This document shows positions 45,801 to 60,800 of a stretch of DNA of 64,000 nt, one piece after another. Source of the stretch: Eledone cirrhosa (lineage: Eukaryota); assembly GCA_964016885.1 (NCBI GenBank), contig OZ024751.1, positions 744,001 through 808,000 on the forward strand, in the 5' to 3' direction. A model generated the notes under the pieces. It saw only the letters and a list, made by a program, of their open reading frames with translations. It was not told the origin of the DNA and did no database searches. Made by a program: the position numbers and the translations under genes. Numbering within the stretch: the stretch's first letter is position 1; each line of letters starts with the position of its first letter.

Positions 45801-48800
45801 TTGGTATATTAGTGTTGGTATATTAATTTTGGTATATTAATGTTTGTATATTAGTGTTGTTTTAATAATATTGGGGTACTGATTTTGGTATATTAATGTT
45901 GCTGTATTAGTGTTGCTATATTATTGTTGGTATATTAATGTTGGTATAATAGTGCTGTTTTAATAATATTTGTATATTAATGTTGGTATATTAGTGTTAG
46001 TATATTAGTGTTGGTATATTATTGTCGGTATATTAATGTTGGTATAGTAGTGTTGGTAAATTAATGTTTGTATATTAGTGTTGTTTTAATAATATTGGTG
46101 TATTGATTTTGGTATATTAATGTTGCTATATTATTGTTGCTATATTATTGTCAGTATATTAATATTTGTATATTAATGTTGGTATATTAGTGTTGGTATA
46201 TTAATGTTGGTATATTAGTGTTGGTATAGTGTTGGTATACTAATGTTGGTATATTAATGTTGTTTTAATAATATTGGTATATTAATGTTAGTATATTAGT
46301 GTTGGTATATTAATGTTTGTATATTAATGTTGGTATATTAATTGGTATATTAATGTTGGTATATTAATTGGTATATTAATGTTGGTATGTTAATGTTGGT
46401 ATATTAATGTTGGTATATTAGTGTTGGTATATAAGTGTTGGTATATAAGTGTTGGTATATTAATATTGTTTTAATAATATTGATATATTGATGTTGGTAT
46501 AATAATGTTGGTATATTAAAGTTGGTATATTAGTGTTGTTTTAATAATATTGGTATATTAATGTTGCTATATTAGTGTTGCTATATTAATGTCGGTATAT
46601 TATTGTTGGTATATTAATGTGGGTATATTAGTGTTGGTATATTAATGTGGGTATATTAGTGTTGGTATATTAATGTGGGTATATTAGTGTTGGTATATTA
46701 ATGTTGGTATATTAGTGTTGGTATATTAGAGTTGGTATATTACTGTTGGTATATTAATGTTGCTATATTAGTGTTCGTATATTAGTGTTGGTATATTAGT
46801 GTTGGTATATTAGTGTTGCTATATTAGTGTTGGTATATTAATGTTGGTATATTAGTGTTGGTATATTAGTGTTGGTATATTAGTGTTGGTATATTAATGT
46901 TGGTATATTAGTTTTGGTATATTAATGTTGATATATTAGTGTTGGTATATTAATGTTGGTATATTAATGTTGTTATATTAGTGTTGGTATATTAATGTTG
47001 GTATATTAGTGTTGGTATATTAGTGTTGTTTTAATAATGTTGGTATATTAGTGTTGCTGTATTAGTGTTGTTTTAATAATATTGGTATATTAATGTTGGT
47101 ATATTAATGTGGGTATATTAGTGTTGGTATATTAGAGTTGGTATATTAGTGTTGGTATATTAATGTTGCTATATTAGTGTTGGTATATTAGTGTTGGTAT
47201 ATTAGTGTTGGTATATTAGTGTTGGTATATTAATGTTGCTATATTAGTGTTGGTATATTAATGTTGGTATATTAGTGTTGGTATATTAGTGTTGGTATAT
47301 TAGTGTTGTTTTAATAATGTTGGTATATTAGTGTTGGTATATTAGTGTTGTTTTAATAATATTGGTATATTAATGTTGGTATATTAATGTTGGCATACTA
47401 ATGTTGGTATATTAGTGTTGGTATATTAGAGTTGGTATATTAGTGTTGGTATATTAATGTTGCTACATTAGTGTTGGTATATTAGTGTTGGTATATTAGT
47501 GTTGGTATAGTAGTGTTGGTATATTAATGTTGCTATATTAGTGTTGGTATATTAATGTTGGTATATTAGTGTTGGTATATTAGTGTTGGTATATTAGTGT
47601 TGGTATATTAATGTTGGTATATTAGTTTTGGTATATTAATGTTGGTATATTAGTGTCGGTATATTAATGTTCGTATATAAATGTTGTTATATTAGTGTTG
47701 GTATATAAATGTTGGTATATTAGTGTTGGTATATTAGTATTGGTATATTAGTGTTGGTATATTAGTGTTGGTATATTAATGTTGTTAGATTAGTGTCGGT
47801 ATATTAGTGATGGTATATTAATGTTCGTATATTACTGTTGGTATATTGTTGCTATATTAGTGTTGGTATATTAGTGTTGGTATATTAGTGTTGCTATATT
47901 AATCTTGGTATATTAATGTTGGTATATTAATGTTGCTATATTAATTTTGCTATATTAATGTTGGTATATTAGTGTTGGTATATTAATGTTGGTATATTTA
48001 TATTGGTATATTCGTGTTGGTATATTAATGTTGGTATATTAATGTTGGTATATTAATGTTGGTATATTAGTGTTGGTATATTAATGTTGGTATATTAGTG
48101 TTGTTTTAATAACATTGGTATATTAATGTTGGTATATTAGTGTTGGTATATTAATGTTGGTATATTAGTGTTGGTATAATAGTGTTGGTATATTAATGTT
48201 GGTATATTAGTGTTGTTTTAATAATATTGGTATATGAATGTTGGTATATTAGTGTTGGCATATTAATGTTGGTATATTAATGCAGGTATAATAGTGTTGG
48301 TATATTAAAGTTAGTATATTAATGTTGGTATATTAGTGTTGATATAACAATGTTGCTATATTAGTGTTGTTTTAATAATATTGGTATATTAATGTTGGTA
48401 TATTAGTGTTGGGATATTAATGTTGGTATATTAATGTTGGTATATTAGTGTTGGTATATAAAAGTTGGTATATTAATGTTGGTATATTAATGTTGGTATA
48501 ATAGTGTTGGTATATTAGTGTTGGTATATTAGTGTTGGTATATTAATGTAGGTATATTAGTGTTGGTATATTAATGTAGGTATATTAGTGTTGGTATATT
48601 AATGTTGGTATATTAATCTTGGTATATTAGTGATGGTATATTAATGTTTTAATAATATTGGTATATGAGTGTTGGTATATTAATGTTGGTATATTAGTGT
48701 TGGTATATTAATGTTGGTATATTTGTGTTGGTATATTAGTGTTGTTTTAATAATATTGGTATATTAGTGTTGGTATATTAGTGTTGGTATATTAATTTTG

Positions 48801-51800
48801 GTATATTAATGTTTGTATATTAGTGTTGTTTTAATAATACTGGGGTACTGATTTTGGTATATTAATGTTGCTGTATTAGTGTTGCTATATTATTGTTGGT
48901 ATATTAATGTTGGTATAATAGTGTTGTTTTAATAATATTTGTATATTAATGTTGGTATATTAGTGTTGGTATATTAGTGTTGGTATATTATTGTCGGTAT
49001 ATTAATGTTGGTATAGTAGTGTTGGTAAATTAATGTTTGTATATTAGTGTTGTTTTAATAATATTGGTGTATTGATTTTGGTATATTAATGTTGCTATAT
49101 TATTGTTGCTATATTATTGTCAGTATATTAATATTTGTATATTAATGTTGGTATATTAGTGTTGGTATATTAATGTTGGTATATTAGTGTTGGTATAGTG
49201 TTGGTATACTAATGTTGGTATATTAATGTTGTTTTAATAATATTGGTATATTAATGTTAGTATATTAGTGTTGGTATATTAATGTTTGTATATTAATGTT
49301 GGTATATTAATTGGTATATTAATGTTGGTATATTAATTGGTATATTAATGTTGGTATGTTAATGATGGTATATTAATGTTGGTATATTAGTGTTGGTATA
49401 TAAGTGTTGGTATATAAGTGTTGGTATATTAATATTGTTTTAATAATATTGATATATTGATGTTGGTATAATAATGTTGGTATATTAAAGTTGGTATATT
49501 AGTGTTGTTTTAATAATATTGGTATATTAATGTTGCTATATTAGTGTTGCTATATTAATGTCGGTATATTATTGTTGGTATATTAATGTTGGTATATTAA
49601 TGTTGAAATATTAATGTTGCTATATTAATGTTGGAATATTGTTGGTATATTAATGTTGGTATATTAATCTTGGTATATTAGTGATGGTATATTAATGTTG
49701 TTTTAATAATATTGGTATATGAGTGTTGGTATATTAATGTTGGTATATTAGTGTTGGTATATTAATGTTGGTATATTTGTGTTGGTATATTAGTGTTGTT
49801 TTAATAATATTGGTATATTAGTGTTGGTATATTAGTGTTGGTATATTAATTTTGGTATATTAATGTTTGTATATTAGTGTTGTTTTAATAATATTGGGGT
49901 ACTGATTTTGGTATATTAATGTTGCTGTATTAGTGTTGCTATATTATTGTTGGTATATTAATGTTGGTATAATAGTGTTGTTTTAATAATATTTGTATAT
50001 TAATGTTGGTATATTAGTGTTAGTATATTAGTGTTGGTATATTATTGTCGGTATATTAATGTTGGTATAGTAGTGTTGGTAAATTAATGTTTGTATATTA
50101 GTGTTGTTTTAATAATATTGGTGTATTGATTTTGGTATATTAATGTTGCTATATTATTGTTGCTATATTATTGTCAGTATATTAATATTTGTATATTAAT
50201 GTTGGTATATTAGTGTTGGTATATTAATGTTGGTATATTAGTGTTGGTATAGTGTTGGTATACTAATGTTGGTATATTAATGTTGTTTTAATAATATTGG
50301 TATATTAATGTTAGTATATTAGTGTTGGTATATTAATGTTTGTATATTAATGTTGGTATATTAATTGGTATATTAATTTTGGTATATTAATTGGTATATT
50401 AATGTTGGTATGTTAATGTTGGTATATTAATGTTGGTATATCAGTGTTGGTATATAAGTGTTGGTATATAAGTGTTGGTATATTAATATTGTTTTAATAA
50501 TATTGATATATTGATGTTGGTATAATAATGTTGGTATATTAAAGTTGGTATATTAGTGTTGTTTTAATAATATTGGTATATTAATGTTGCTATATTAGTG
50601 TTGCTATATTAATGTCGGTATATTATTGTTGGTATATTAATGTGGGTATATTAGTGTTGGTATATTAATGTGGGTATATTAGTGTTGGTATATTAATGTG
50701 GGTATATTAGTGTTGGTATATTAATGTTGGTATATTAGTGTTGGTATATTAGAGTTGGTATATTACTGTTGGTATATTAATGTTGCTATATTAGTGTTCG
50801 TATATTAGTGTTGGTATATTAGTGTTGGTATATTAGTGTTGCTATATTAGTGTTGGTATATTAATGTTGGTATATTAGTGTTGGTATATTAGTGTTGGTA
50901 TATTAGTGTTGGTATATTAATGTTGGTATATTAGTTTTGGTATATTAATGTTGATATATTAGTGTTGGTATATTAATGTTGGTATATTAATGTTGTTATA
51001 TTAGTGTTGGTATATTAATGTTGGTATATTAGTGTTGGTATATTAGTGTTGTTTTAATAATGTTGGTATATTAGTGTTGCTGTATTAGTGTTGTTTTAAT
51101 AATATTGGTATATTAATGTTGGTATATTAATGTGGGTATATTAGTGTTGGTATATTAATGTGGGTATATTAGTGTTGGTATATTAATGTTGATATATTAG
51201 TGTTGGTATATTAGAGTTGGTATATTAGTGTTGGTATATTAATGTTGCTATATTAGTGTTGGTATATTAGTGTTGGTATATTAGTGTTGGTATATTAGTG
51301 TTGGTATATTAATGTTGCTATATTAGTGTTGGTATATTAATGTTGGTATATTAGTGTTGGTATATTAGTGTTGGTATATTAGTGTTGTTTTAATAATGTT
51401 GGTATATTAGTGTTGGTATATTAGTGTTGTTTTAATAATATTGGTATATTAATGTTGGTATATTAATGTTGGCATACTAATGTTGGTATATTAGTGTTGG
51501 TATATTAGAGTTGGTATATTAGTGTTGGTATATTAATGTTGCTACATTAGTGTTGGTATATTAGTGTTGGTATATTAGTGTTGGTATAGTAGTGTTGGTA
51601 TATTAATGTTGCTATATTAGTGTTGGTATATTAATGTTGGTATATTAGTGTTGGTATATTAGTGTTGGTATATTAGTGTTGGTATATTAATGTTGGTATA
51701 TTAGTTTTGGTATATTAATGTTGGTATATTAGTGTCGGTATATTAATGTTCGTATATAAATGTTGTTATATTAGTGTTGGTATATAAATGTTGGTATATT

Positions 51801-54800
51801 AGTGTTGGTATATTAGTATTGGTATATTAGTGTTGGTATATTAGTGTTGGTATATTAATGTTGTTAGATTAGTGTCGGTATATTAGTGATGGTATATTAA
51901 TGTTCGTATATTACTGTTGGTATATTGTTGCTATATTAGTGTTGGTATATTAGTGTTGGTATATTAGTGTTGCTATATTAATCTTGGTATATTAATGTTG
52001 GTATATTAATGTTGCTATATTAATTTTGCTATATTAATGTTGGTATATTAGTGTTGGTATATTAATGTTGGTATATTTATATTGGTATATTCGTGTTGGT
52101 ATATTAATGTTGGTATATTAATGTTGGTATATTAATGTTGGTATATTAGTGTTGGTATATTAATGTTGGTATATTAGTGTTGTTTTAATAACATTGGTAT
52201 ATTAATGTTGGTATATTAGTGTTGGTATATTAATGTTGGTATATTAGTGTTGGTATAATAGTGTTGGTATATTAATGTTGGTATATTAGTGTTGTTTTAA
52301 TAATATTGGTATATGAATGTTGGTATATTAGTGTTGGCATATTAATGTTGGTATATTAATGCAGGTATAATAGTGTTGGTATATTAAAGTTAGTATATTA
52401 ATGTTGGTATATTAGTGTTGATATAACAATGTTGCTATATTAGTGTTGTTTTAATAATATTGGTATATTAATGTTGGTATATTAGTGTTGGGATATTAAT
52501 GTTGGTATATTAATGTTGGTATATTAGTGTTGGTATATAAAAGTTGGTATATTAATGTTGGTATATTAATGTTGGTATAATAGTGTTGGTATATTAGTGT
52601 TGGGATATTAATGTTGGTATATTAATGTTGGTATATTAGTGTTGGTATATTAATGTAGGTATATTAGTGTTGGTATATTAATGTTGGTATATTAATCTTG
52701 GTATATTAGTGATGGTATATTAATGTTTTAATAATATTGGTATATGAGTGTTGGTATATTAATGTTGGTATATTAGTGTTGGTATATTAATGTTGGTATA
52801 TTTGTGTTGGTATATTAGTGTTGTTTTAATAATATTGGTATATTAGTGTTGGTATATTAGTGTTGGTATATTAGTGTTGGTATATTAATGTTGGTATATT
52901 AATGTTGGTATATTAATGTTGGTATAATAGTGTTGGTATATAAGTGTTGTTTTAATAATATTGGTATAGTAATGTTGGTATATTAATGTTGGCATATTAA
53001 TGTTGGTATATTAGTGTTGGTATATTAGGGTTGGTATATTAGTGTTGGTATATTATTGTCGGTATATTAATGTTGGTATAGTAGTGTTGGTAAATTAATG
53101 TTTGTATATTAGTGTTGTTTTAATAATATTGGTGTATTGATTTTGGTATATTAATGTTGCTATATTATTGTCAGTATATTAATATTTGTATATTAATGTT
53201 GGTATATTAGTGTTGGTATATTAATGTTGGTATATTAGTGTTGGTATAGTGTTGGTATACTAATGTTGGTATATTAATGTTGTTTTAATAATATTGGTAT
53301 ATTAATGTTAGTATATTAGTGTTGGTATATTAATGTTTGTATATTAATGTTGGTATATTAATTGGTATATTAATGTTGGTATATTAATTGGTATATTAAT
53401 GTTGGTATGTTAATGTTGGTATATTAATGTTGGTATATTAGTGTTGGTATATAAGTGTTGGTATATAAGTGTTGGTATATTAATATTGTTTTAATAATAT
53501 TGATATATTGATGTTGGTATAATAATGTTGGTATATTAAAGTTGGTATATTAGTGTTGTTTTAATAATATTGGTATATTAATGTTGCTATATTAGTGTTG
53601 CTATATTAATGTCGGTATATTATTGTTGGTATATTAATGTTGGTATATTAATGTTGAAATATTAATGTTGCTATATTAATGTTGGAATATTGTTGGTATA
53701 TTAATGTTGGTATATTAGTGTTGGTATATTAATGTTGGGATATCAGTGTTGGTATATACATTTTGGTATATTAGTGTTGGTATATTATTGGTATATTAAT
53801 GTTGGTATATTAATGTTGGTTTATTAGTGTTGGTATATTAATGTTGGTATATTAATGTTGGTATATTAGTGTTGGTATATTAATTTGCTATATTAGTGTT
53901 GGTATATTAATGTTGGTACGTTAGTGTTGGTATATTAATGATGGTATATTATTGCTGGTATATTCGTGTTGGTATAGTAATGTTGGTATATTAGTGTTGG
54001 TATAGTAATACTGGTACATTAGTGTTGGAATATTAATGATGTTTTGATAATATTGGTATATTAATGTTGGTATATTAGTGTTGGTATATTAGTGTTGGTA
54101 TATTAATGTTGGTATATTAATGTTGGTATATTAATGTTGGTATAATAGTGTTGGTATATAAGTGTTGTTTTAATAATATTGGTATAGTAATGTTGGTATA
54201 TTAATGTTGGCATATTAATGTTGGTATATTAGTGTTGGTATATTAGGGTTGGTATATTAATGTTGGTATATTAGTGTTGGTATATTAACGTGGGTATATT
54301 AGTGTTGTTATATTAATGTTCGTATATTAGTGTTGGTATATTAGTGTTGGTATATTAGTGTTGGTATATTAATGTTGGTATATTAGTGTTGGTATATTAG
54401 TGTTGTTTTAATAATATTGGTATATTAATGTTGGTCTATTAGTGTTGGTATATTAATGTTGGTATATTAGTGTTGGTATATTAGTGTTGTGTTAATAATA
54501 TTGGTATATTAATGTTGGTATATTAATGTTGGCATATTAGTGTTGGTATATTAGTGTTGGTATATTAATGTTGGTATATTAGTGTTGGTATATTAATGTA
54601 GGTATATTAGTGTTGGTATATTAGTGTTGGTATATTAGTGTTTGGCATATTAATGTTGCTATATTAGTGTTGGTATATTAGTGTTGGTATATTAGCGTTG
54701 ATATATTAATGTTGCTATATTAGTGTTGGTATATTAATGTTGGTATATTACTGTTGGTATATTAATGTTATATTAATGTTGGTATATTACTGTTGGTATA

Positions 54801-57800
54801 TTAGTTTTGGTATATTAATGTTGGTATATTAGTGTTGGTATATTAATGTTGGTATATTAATGTTGTTATATTAGTGTTGGTATATTAATGTTGGTATATT
54901 AGTGTTGGTATATTAGTGTTGTTTTAATAATGTTGGTATATTAGTGTTGGTATATTAGTTTTGTTTTAATAATATTGGTATATTAATGTTGGTATATTAA
55001 TGTTGGCATACTAATGTTGGTATATTAGTGTTGGTATATTAATGTGGGTATATTAGTGTTGGTATATTAATGTGGGTATATTAGTGTTGGTATATTAATG
55101 TGGGTATATTAGTGTTGGTATATTAATGTTGGTATATTAGTGTTGGTATATTAGAGTTGGTATATTACTGTTGGTATATTAATGTTGCTATATTAGTGTT
55201 CGTATATTAGTGTTGGTATATTAGTGTTGGTATATTAGTGTTGCTATATTAGTGTTGGTATATTAATGTTGGTATATTAGTGTTGGTATATTAGTGTTGG
55301 TATATTAGTGTTGGTATATTAATGTTGGTATATTAGTTTTGGTATATTAATGTTGATATATTAGTGTTGGTATATTAATGTTGGTATATTAATGTTGTTA
55401 TATTAGTGTTGGTATATTAATGTTGGTATATTAGTGTTGGTATATTAGTGTTGTTTTAATAATGTTGGTATATTAGTGTTGCTGTATTAGTGTTGTTTTA
55501 ATAATATTGGTATATTAATGTTGGTATATTAATGTGGGTATATTAGTGTTGGTATATTAATGTGGGTATATTAGTGTTGGTATATTAATGTTGATATATT
55601 AGTGTTGGTATATTAGAGTTGGTATATTAGTGTTGGTATATTAATGTTGCTACATTAGTGTTGGTATATTAGTGTTGGTATATTAGTGTTGGTATATTAG
55701 TGTTGGTATATTAATGTTGCTATATTAGTGTTGGTATATTAATGTTGGTATATTAGTGTTGGTATATTAGTGTTGGTATATTAGTGTTGTTTTAATAATG
55801 TTGGTATATTAGTGTTGGTATATTAGTGTTGTTTTAATAATATTGGTATATTAATGTTGGTATATTAATGTTGGCATACTAATGTTGGTATATTAGTGTT
55901 GGTATATTAGAGTTGGTATATTAGTGTTGGTATATTAATGTTGCTATATTAGTGTTGGTATATTAGTGTTGGTATATTAGTGTTGGTATAGTAGTGTTGG
56001 TATATTAATGTTGCTATATTAGTGTTGGTATATTAATGTTGGTATATTAGTGTTGGTATATTAGTGTTGGTATATTAGTGTTGGTATATTAATGTTGGTA
56101 TATTAGTTTTGGTATATTAATGTTGGTATATTAGTGTCGGTATATTAATGTTCGTATATAAATGTTGTTATATTAGTGTTGGTATATAAATGTTGGTATA
56201 ATAGTGTTGGTATATTAGTATTGGTATATTAGTGTTGGTATATTAGTGTTGGTATATTAATGTTGGTATATTAATGTTGGTATATTACTGTTGGTATATT
56301 AGTGTTGTTTTAATAATATTGGTATATTAATGTTGATATATTAATGTTGGTATATTATTGTTGGTATATTAATGTTGATATATTAATGTTGCTATATTAA
56401 TGTTGGAATATTGTTGGTATATTAATGTTGGTATATTAATGGTAGGTATATTAGTGTTGGTATATTATTGTTGGTATATTAGTGTTGGTATATCAATGTT
56501 GGTATGTTAGTGTTGGTATATAAATTTTGGTATATTAGTGTTGGTATATTATTGGTATATTAATGTTTGTATATTAATGTTGGTATATTAGTGTTGGTAT
56601 ATTAATGTTGGCATATTAATGTTGGTATATTAGTGTTGGTATATTAGTGTTGGTATATTAATGTTGGTATATTTATATTGCTATATTAGTGTTGGTATGT
56701 TAGTGTTGGTATATTTATGTTGCTATATTAGTGTTATATATTAATGTTGGTACATTAGTGTTGGAATATTAGTGATGTTTTAATAATATTGGTATATTAA
56801 TGTTGGTATATTAGTGTTGGTATATTAGTGTTGGTACATTAATGTTTGTATATTAGTGTTGATATATAATTGTTGGTATATTAATGTTGGTATATTAGTG
56901 TTGGTATATTAGTGTTGTTTTAATAATATATGTATATTAATGTTGGTATATTAGTGTTGGTATATTAATTTGGGTATATTAGTGTTGGTATATTAATATT
57001 GGTATATTAATGTTGGTATATTAGTGTTGGTATATTAATGCTGTTAGATTAGTGTCGGTATATTAGTGATGGTATATTAATGTTCGTATATTACTGTTGG
57101 TATATTGTTGCTATATTAGTGTTGGTATGTTAGTGTTGGTATATTAGTGTTGCTATATTAATGTTGGTATATTAATGTTGGTATATTAATGTTGCTATAT
57201 TAATTTTGCTATATTAATGTTGGTATATTAGTGTTGGTATATTAACGTTGGTATATTTATATTGGTATATTCGTGTTGGTATATTAATGTTGGTATGTTA
57301 ATGTTGGTATATTATTCTTGGTATAATAGTTTGGTATATTAATGTTGGTATATTAGTGTTGGTATATTAGTGTTGGTATATTAGTGTTGGTATATTAGTG
57401 TTGTTTTAATAATATTGGTATATTAATGTTGCTGTATTAGTGTTGCTATATTAATGTCGGTATATTATTGTTGGTATATTTATGTTGGTATATTAATTTT
57501 GAAATATTAATGTTGCTATATTAATGTTGGAATATTGTTGGTATATTAATGTTGGTATATTAATGTTATGTATATTAGTGTTGGTATATTAGTGTTGGTA
57601 TATTAATGTTGGGATATCAGTGTTGGTATATAAATTTTGGTATATTAGTGTTGGTATATTATTGGTATATATATGTTGGTATATTAATGTTGGTATATTA
57701 ATGTTGGTATATTAATGTTGGTATATTAATGTTGGTATATTAGTGTTGGTATATTAATGTTGGTACATTAGTGTTGGTATATTAATGATGGTATATTATT

Positions 57801-60800
57801 GCTGGTATATTCGTGTAGGTATAGTAATGTTGGTATATTAGTGTTGGTATAGTAATACTGGTATATTAGTGTTGGAATATTAATGATGTTTTAATAATAT
57901 TGGTATATTAATGTTGGTATATTAGTGTTGGTATATTAGTGTTGGTATATTAATGTTGGTATATTAATGTTGGTATATTAACGTTGGTATAATAGTGTTG
58001 GTATATTAGTGTTGTTTTAATAATATTGGTATATTAATGTTGGTATATTAATGTTGGCATATTAATATTGGTATATTAGAGTTGGTATATTAGGGTTGGT
58101 ATATTAGTGTAGGTATATTAGTGTTGTTTTAATAATATATGTATATTAATGTTGGTATATTAGTGTTGGTATATTAAATTGGGTATATTAGTGTTGGTAT
58201 ATTAATATTGGTATATTAATGTGGGTATATTAGTGTTGATATATAATTGTTGGTATATTAATGTTGGTATATTAGTGTTGGTATATTAGTGTTGTTTTAA
58301 TAATATATGTATATTAATGTTGGTATATTAGTGTTGGTATATTAATTTGGGTATATTAGTGTTGGTATATTAATATTGGTATATTAATGTGGATATATTA
58401 GTGTTGGTATATATGTGTTGTTTTAATAATATTGGTATATTAGTGTTGGTATATTAATGTTGGTATATTAGTGTTGGTATATTAATGTTGTTAGATTAGT
58501 GTCGGTATATTAGTGATGGTATATTAATGTTGCTATATTAATTTTGCTATATTAATGTTGGTATATTAGTGTTGGTATATTAACGTTGGTATATTTATAT
58601 TGGTATATTCGTGTTGGTATATTAATGTTGGTATATTAATGTTGGTATATTAATGCTGGTATATTAGCGTTGGTATATTAATGTTGGTATATTAGTGTTG
58701 TTTTAATAATATTGGTATATTAATGTTGGTATATTAGTGTTGGTATATTAATGTTGGTATATTAGTGTTGGTATAATAGTGTTGGTATATTAATGTTGGT
58801 ATATTAATGTTGTTATATTAGTGTTGGTATATTAATGTTGGTATATTAGTGTTGGTATATTAGTGTTGTTTTAATAATGTTGGTATATTAGTGTTGGTAT
58901 ATTACTGTTGGTATATTAATGTTATATTAATGTTGGTTTATTACTGTTCGTATATTAATTTTGGTATATTAATGTTGGTATATTAGTGTTGGTATATTAA
59001 TGTTGGTATATTAGTGTTGGTATATTAGTGTTGGTATATTACTGTTGGTATATTAATGTTATATTAATGTTGGTATATTACTGTTGGTAAATTAGTTTTG
59101 GTAAATTAATGTTGGTATATTAGTGTTGGTATATTAATGTTGGTATATTAATGTTGGTATATTAGTGTTGGTATATTAATGTTGGTATATTAGTGTTGGT
59201 ATATTCGTGTTGGTATAGTAATGTTGGTATATTAGTGTTGGTATATTAATACTGGTATATTAGTGTTGGAATATTAGTGTTTTAATAATATTGGTATATT
59301 AATGTTGGTATATTAGTGTTGTTTTAATAATATTGGTATATTAAAGTTGGTATATTAATGTTGGTATATTAGTGTTGGTATATTAATGTTGGTATATTAG
59401 TGTTTATATATTAGTGTTGGTATATTAGTGTATTTTAATAATATTGGCATATTAATGTTGGTATATTAATGTTGGCATATTAATGTTGGTATATTAGTGT
59501 TGGTATATTAGTGTAGGTATATTAATGTTGGTATACTAGTGTTGGTATATTAATGTGGGTATATTAATGTTGGTATATTAGTGTTGGTATATTAGTGTTG
59601 CTATATTAGAGTTGGTATATTAATGTTGGTATATTAGTGTTGGTATATTAGTGTTGGTATATTAGTGTTGGTATATTAGTCTTGTTTAAATAATATTGGT
59701 ATATTACTGTTGGTATATTAGTGTTGGTATATTAATGTTGGTATATTAGTGTTGATATATTAGTGTTGTGTTAATAATATTGGTATATTAATGTTGTTAT
59801 ATTAGTGTTTATATATAATTGTTGGTATATTAATGTTGGTATATTACTGTTTGTATATTAGTGTTGTTTTAATAATATTGGTATATTAATGTTGGTATAT
59901 TAGTGTTGTTTTAATAATATTTGTATATTAATGTTGGTATATTAGTGTTGGTATATTAATGTTGGTATATTAATGTTGGTATATTATTCTTGGTATAATG
60001 GTTTGGTATATTAATGTCGGTATATTAGTGTTGGTATATTAGTGTTGTTTTAATAATATTGGTATATTAATGTTGGTCTATTAGTGTTGGTATATTAGTG
60101 TTGGTATATTAGTGTTGGTATATTAATGTTGGGATATCAGTGTTGGTATATAAATTTTGGTATATTAGTGTTGGTATATTATTGGTATATTAATGTTGGT
60201 ATATTAATGTTGGTATATTAGTGTTGGTATATTAATGTTGGTATATTAATGTTGGTATATTAATGTTGGTATATTAGTGTTGGTATATTAATGTTGGTAC
60301 ATTAGTGTTGGTATATTAATGATGGTATATTATTGCTGGTATATTCGTGTAGGTATAGTAATGTTGGTATATTAGTGTTGGTATAGTAATACTGGTATAT
60401 TAGTGTTGGAATATTAATGATGTTTTAATAATATTGGTATATTAATGTTGGTATATTAGTGTGGTATATTAGTGTTGGTACATTAATGTTGGTATATTAA
60501 CGTTGGTATAATAGTGTTGGTATATTAGTGTTGTTTTAATAATATTAGTATATTAATGTTGGTATATTAATGTTGGCATATTAATATTGGTATATTAGAG
60601 TTGGTATATTAATATTGGTATAATAATGTGGGTATATTAGTGTTGATATATAATTGTTGGTATATTAATGTTGGTATATTAGTGTTGGTATATTAGTGTT
60701 GTTTTAATAATATATGTATATTAATGTTGGTATATTAGTGTTGGTATATTAATTTGGGTATATTAGTGTTGGTATATTAATATTGGTATATTAATGTGGA